A DNA stretch of 64,000 nucleotides. Source: a virus. The stretch's first letter is position 1. Each line of letters begins with the position of its first letter. The notes under the pieces were generated by a model, which saw only the letters and a program-made list of their open reading frames with translations, was not told where the DNA came from and did not search any database. A program made the position numbers and the translations under genes. Where the stretch lies: IMG/VR virus record IMGVR_UViG_3300020421_001669, positions 1-64,000 of that record, one strand, 5' to 3'. Below, one piece after another: positions 59,707 through 64,000 of this stretch.

Positions 59707-60459
59707 ATGGCTACAAATGTTTACTTCCAATCAGGCAATACAAGTGGTACTACTAATGAACAACGATTAGTAGAGGACTTGGTTATTGAAAGTCTAAAGA
59801 TATATGGACACGATGTTCACTATATGCCTAGGACTTTGGTAAACAGGGACACCATCTTTGATGAAGATGAGTTATCTAAGTTCACGCAACAGTATCCACT
59901 CGAAATGTATATGGAAAATGTCGAGGGATATGAGGGTGAAGGAGAACTATTTACTAGGTTTGGAATAGAAATCAGAGACCAAGCAACATTTGTTCTTTCC
60001 AAGAGAAGGTGGGAACAGATGGTTGATAGAGAAGAAGATGCTGGCGGTACATTCCAGTTGACGGCAAGACCCGCTGAGGGAGACTTGTTATACTTTCCTA
60101 AAACCAAATCTCTCTTTGAGATTAAACTAGTAGAGTTTCAAAATCCATTCTATCAACTAGGAAAGATTTACACATTCAGACTTCAATGCGAACTCTTTGA
60201 GTACAGTTCAGAAAGATTGGATACTGGTGATACTGATATTGATGGAATAGAAGACCTACAAAGTCTTGACATTCTACAGTTCCAGTTCCAGTTAGAGAAC
60301 GGAGACTTGTTGAAACAGGAAAATAATGATACTCTAATATTAGAGAGTTTCCAAACTAGTAGAGGAAATGTTGGTGTTGACAACAAAGACTTTGATGACT
60401 GGCAGTCAGCATCGAACATACTTGATTTTACGGAAAGTAATCCATTTGGTGAGATATAA
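59707..60459 (+). CDS. gp14: Neck protein gp14
   Basis: EQRLVEDL, YGHDVHYMPR, RPAEGDLLY, PFYQLGK, DFTESNPFGE. Confidence 0.95.
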   Translation: MATNVYFQSGNTSGTTNEQRLVEDLVIESLKIYGHDVHYMPRTLVNRDTIFDEDELSKFTQQYPLEMYMENVEGYEGEGELFTRFGIEIRDQATFVLSKRRWEQMVDREEDAGGTFQLTARPAEGDLLYFPKTKSLFEIKLVEFQNPFYQLGKIYTFRLQCELFEYSSERLDTGDTDIDGIEDLQSLDILQFQFQLENGDLLKQENNDTLILESFQTSRGNVGVDNKDFDDWQSASNILDFTESNPFGEI

Positions 60460-61454
60460 TGTTTAAAAATAAACAATTTTACAATCAACATACACGCAAA
60501 GCCATCATTGCATTTGGTACTATTTTTAATAATATCCAAATAAACAGGGTGAACGCGAGTAGTGTTACTGAACAAGTAGTTAGGGTTCCACTTTCTTATT
60601 CTACAAAACAAAAGTTTTTGACTAGGATTGAGGCAATTCCAGACACGGAATCGCGTGGAGAGGTTGCAATTAGTTTGCCTCGCATGGGGTTTGAGATAGT
60701 TGGGTTTCAATATGACCCATCCAGAAAAGTCTCACCTATACAGAAAAACATAACTACATCTGGTGCAGCCACAAACTCATACAAAACAAGTTTTGTTTCC
60801 ACTCCATATGACATGAACATGTCTTTGTATGTGTTCGCAAAAAATCAAGAGGATGCATTACAAATAGTAGAACAGATTTTCCCATACTTCAACCCAGACT
60901 TTAATGTGACGATAAATGATTTGCCTGAGTTGGGTATTAAAAGAGATATAAAAATAACTTTGGATAGTGTTAGTTATGAAGATACCTTTGAAGGTTCTTT
61001 TGCAGATAGACAAAGTATCAACTGGACACTAAATTTTACAATGAAATTAAATTATTATGGATTTGTAGATAAACAGTCCTTCATTAAGAAAGCAATAGCA
61101 AATGTGTTTGAAAATGAAAACCTAGAAGGGCCTAAAGTACAACTTGGATACTCAGTTGGAACAACACTACCAACCGCAACCGCTACTATAGGTAGTGGTT
61201 CGGTAACAGGATTTACTATAACATATGGTGGGTCTGGATATACTAGTCCACCAAATATTACTCTTACTGGTAATGCCAGAGCTCACGCGGAACTTACAGA
61301 TGGAGTAGTTACCAGTATTGTTATAGATGACGCTGGAAGTGGTTATTCAGAAGCACCTACTGTGACATTTGAGGAACCACCTAATTATAATGCAGACCCC
61401 TATAAGGATGACCCATATAGGTTCGTGGAGGAGTTTGACCAAACTTATGTATAA
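60459..61454 (+). CDS. gp15: Tail sheath stabilizer/terminator gp15
   Basis: FGTIFNNI, VPLSY, LPRMGFE, QIVEQIFPYFNP, WTLNFT. Confidence 0.95.
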   Translation: MFKNKQFYNQHTRKAIIAFGTIFNNIQINRVNASSVTEQVVRVPLSYSTKQKFLTRIEAIPDTESRGEVAISLPRMGFEIVGFQYDPSRKVSPIQKNITTSGAATNSYKTSFVSTPYDMNMSLYVFAKNQEDALQIVEQIFPYFNPDFNVTINDLPELGIKRDIKITLDSVSYEDTFEGSFADRQSINWTLNFTMKLNYYGFVDKQSFIKKAIANVFENENLEGPKVQLGYSVGTTLPTATATIGSGSVTGFTITYGGSGYTSPPNITLTGNARAHAELTDGVVTSIVIDDAGSGYSEAPTVTFEEPPNYNADPYKDDPYRFVEEFDQTYV

Positions 61455-61456
61455 CT

Positions 61457-61900
61457 ATGCCAAAAAATAAAGTATTTGATGCACTTGATAAAACATTCAA
61501 CACCGTAACTACAGAACTTGCTGAAAAGAAAGGTGGTGCTATCACTGTGCCCGAAAAAGAGGATGAGAAACTAGATAAAGATTTTGAGGAAGCAAGAAAT
61601 CTTTTGAAACGCTCTGCTGAGTATGCGGAAGAAGCTGCTCAAGGTATTTTAAATGTTGCTACCAACAGTGACAACCCTCGTGCCTATGAAGTTGCTGGAC
61701 AAATTATCAAGACTATGGGTGAACAAGCCAAAGACATGATGGAAGTCCAAGAAAAGAAACACCGAATAGAAAAGAATTCGGATACACCAAAGACTATTAG
61801 TAGAACAACTAACAACTTGGTGTTTACAGGAACAACTTCAGAACTTATGAAACAATTGAAGAAAGAAAACGAAAAAATTATAGACCATGAATCAGATTGA
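61457..61900 (+). CDS. gp16: Terminase small subunit gp16
   Basis: DFEEAR, PRAYEVAGQIIK, NNLVFTGTTSEL. Confidence 0.93.
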   Translation: MPKNKVFDALDKTFNTVTTELAEKKGGAITVPEKEDEKLDKDFEEARNLLKRSAEYAEEAAQGILNVATNSDNPRAYEVAGQIIKTMGEQAKDMMEVQEKKHRIEKNSDTPKTISRTTNNLVFTGTTSELMKQLKKENEKIIDHESD

Positions 61901-63515
61901 GGCATCATATCACGGTAATCCCAACCTAAAATCAATTGGATATGAACATGATTTTTCTAAGGAACAATTAGAAGAATTAATTAAATGTGAAAGTGACCCA
62001 GTTTATTTTATAGAGAACTACTGTCAAATTGTAACCTTGGATAAAGGTCTACAACCTTTTAAACTGTACGACTGTCAGAAAAGAAAGGTAGATTTCATTA
62101 TGAATAATCGAAAGACTATTCTTATGGAAGGTAGACAGCAAGGTAAAACAGTAACAGCAGCTGCGTGTATATTACATTATTCTATATTCAATGCAGATAA
62201 AAACATTGCTATCATGGCGAACAAAACTGCTGCTGCTCGTGAAGTATTAAACAGATATCAAACTATGTATGAGAACCTTCCTGTCTGGATGCAACAGGGT
62301 GTCAAGACATGGAACAAGGGGGATGTGGACTTAGAGAATGGTTCTCGCGTGTTTACATCTGCAACCACATCATCTGGTATTCGGGGTAAATCAGTTAACT
62401 GGTTGTACATTGATGAGGCTGCAATCATACCAAATAACATAGCAGAAGAGTTTTTTGCATCTGTATATCCTACTATCTCTGCTGGTGAGACCACGAAGAT
62501 TCTTCTTACATCTACACCACTGGGATACAATCACTTCTGGAAGTTCTGGAATGAATCAGAAAAGGGTACGAATGGATTTCAAAATATGTTCATTCCCCAT
62601 ACTGAAATCCCAGGCCGAGATGATAACTGGGTAGAAGAACAGTTCAAGTTATTAGGTGAAGTGAAGTTTAACCAAGAGGTGTTGTGTGACTTCTTGGGGT
62701 CAACGAATACTTTGATTAGTGGTAAATCTCTTGCTACTATGTCATCAACAGACCCAGTATATAAGAAGGATGGTCTGGATATTTATGAAGAACCTCAAGA
62801 AGATAAATATTATGTGATAGCGGCTGACACTGCGAGAGGAATAGGGGGAGATTTTTCTGCCTTTATTGTTATCGACATAACAGCGATGCCGTTTAAAGTT
62901 GTTGGTAAGTATAGAGATAATAAAGTTTCACCTTTATTGTATCCAGACTTCATAGGAAAAGTTGCAAGAGACTACAACGATGCTTATGTTTTACTTGAGA
63001 CAAATGATATAGGACAACAAGTTGTAGATATACTTCACCAAGAACTAGAGTATGAGAACATTTTTAGTACAGTACAGGAAAAAACTAAACAATATGTTTC
63101 GCCTGGCTTCGGAAAACAAAGTACTCTAGGGGTGCGAACATCAAAAGCAGTAAAAAGACAGGGATGTTTGGCACTAAAAAGTTTGATTGAGGAACAGAAG
63201 TTCTTAATATTTGATGCTGAGTGTATAAGTGAACTGTCAACTTTTGTTGAGAGGAGTGGTACATTTGCTGCTGATGAAGGATACCACGATGACCTTGCCA
63301 TGTGTATGGTACTATTTGCATGGTTATCAACCAATACATTCTTTAAGGATTTGACTAATGTCGATATTCGTGACAATTTATACAATTCACAAATGAGAAT
63401 GATAGAAAATGATTTAACACCATTTGGGCTTGTGGTAGACGGACATGAACCAGAAGCAGAAGTTATGGATGGTGACTACTGGATGTTTGGTGATGAGAAA
63501 GAAAAATTTTTATAA
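61887..63515 (+). CDS. gp17: Terminase large subunit gp17
   Basis: YHGNPNLK, RQQGKT, YIDEAA, STPLG, HDDLAM. Confidence 0.97.
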   Translation: MNQIEASYHGNPNLKSIGYEHDFSKEQLEELIKCESDPVYFIENYCQIVTLDKGLQPFKLYDCQKRKVDFIMNNRKTILMEGRQQGKTVTAAACILHYSIFNADKNIAIMANKTAAAREVLNRYQTMYENLPVWMQQGVKTWNKGDVDLENGSRVFTSATTSSGIRGKSVNWLYIDEAAIIPNNIAEEFFASVYPTISAGETTKILLTSTPLGYNHFWKFWNESEKGTNGFQNMFIPHTEIPGRDDNWVEEQFKLLGEVKFNQEVLCDFLGSTNTLISGKSLATMSSTDPVYKKDGLDIYEEPQEDKYYVIAADTARGIGGDFSAFIVIDITAMPFKVVGKYRDNKVSPLLYPDFIGKVARDYNDAYVLLETNDIGQQVVDILHQELEYENIFSTVQEKTKQYVSPGFGKQSTLGVRTSKAVKRQGCLALKSLIEEQKFLIFDAECISELSTFVERSGTFAADEGYHDDLAMCMVLFAWLSTNTFFKDLTNVDIRDNLYNSQMRMIENDLTPFGLVVDGHEPEAEVMDGDYWMFGDEKEKFL

Positions 63516-63518
63516 ATA
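63511..63518 (+). promoter_or_regulatory. T4 late promoter before gp18
   Basis: TATAAATA. Confidence 0.75.
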
Positions 63519-63579
63519 ATTGTCAAGGAATAACTATTTAGTCAAGATAGATTAAAAACGAAATACGAAGGAGAACAAA

Positions 63580-64000
63580 ATGGCTTTCCAATTATCGCCT
63601 GGCGTCTTAACGAAAGAACAAGACCTTACTAATGTTGTCCCCGCTGTAGCCACTACTATTGGTGGAATCGTGGGAGACTTCCAGTGGGGCCCTGCTCATG
63701 AGATTGTTGCTATAACTAGTGAAAATAATCTCGTAGAGAGGTACGGCAAACCCACATCAAGTGTATATTATGACCACATGGTAGCATCAAGTTTCTTGGC
63801 TTACGGTTCACAATTGTTAACTGTCCGAGAAGTAGGAGCTGCTGCTAGAAACGCAGTTGGTACTGGTACTGCTGTAATAATCAAAAACAGAGAAGCATAT
63901 AATGAAAACTATGCTGCTGGAGAAGGTGCTGTTGGCCCTTGGGCTGCAAAATACCCCGGCACTAGAGGTAACGCGCTTAAAGTAGAAATCGCTGATATTA
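63580..64000 (+). CDS. gp18: Tail sheath protein gp18 (5' partial)
   Basis: MAFQLSPGVLTKEQDLT..FQWGP..AKYPG..GN; SD AAGGAG. Confidence 0.95.
   Translation, partial: MAFQLSPGVLTKEQDLTNVVPAVATTIGGIVGDFQWGPAHEIVAITSENNLVERYGKPTSSVYYDHMVASSFLAYGSQLLTVREVGAAARNAVGTGTAVIIKNREAYNENYAAGEGAVGPWAAKYPGTRGNALKVEIADI

Noticed and set aside
60183-60710. 175 aa minus-strand ORF
   Set aside because: Antisense to the conserved gp14/gp15 genes, with no recognisable motifs
1-64000. Stop-codon reassignment, introns/inteins, diversity-generating retroelement
   Set aside because: Core genes are full length in the standard code; no homing endonuclease, intein motifs, reverse transcriptase or TR/VR pair seen

Overview
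A 64 kb segment of an AT-rich, T4-like myophage genome that resembles marine/aquatic T4-like phages. The host is possibly alphaproteobacterial, inferred only from the tmRNA form. Layout: (1) 1-12.8 kb is an accessory biosynthetic cluster with three radical SAM paralogs, a methyltransferase, two putative glycosyltransferases, UDP-glucose dehydrogenase, a carbamoyltransferase and two SGNH-like proteins. (2) 12.8-19.8 kb holds phoH, an exonuclease, a complete circularly permuted (two-piece) tmRNA gene, a SleB-type hydrolase, an epimerase, gp33, gp59, gp32 and a B12-type radical SAM. (3) 19.8-48.7 kb is the tail/baseplate module: tape-measure candidate, gp51-like, two gp26-like genes, gp54, gp2, gp4, gp48, gp53, hub, gp5, gp25, gp6, gp7, gp8, a VrlC-like protein and fibres. 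(4) 48.7-56.7 kb is a second modification cluster with five GT-A glycosyltransferase-like genes, two 2OG-Fe(II)-type oxygenases and a methyltransferase-like gene. (5) 56.7-64 kb is the neck/packaging module (gp13-gp17 and the start of gp18). The most notable observations are the phage-borne two-piece tmRNA, a candidate -1 programmed frameshift fusing gp26 to gp51 just before the tape-measure gene, and a glycosyltransferase fused to a degenerate radical SAM/SPASM domain. All calls come from motif recognition by eye; no database searches were run.
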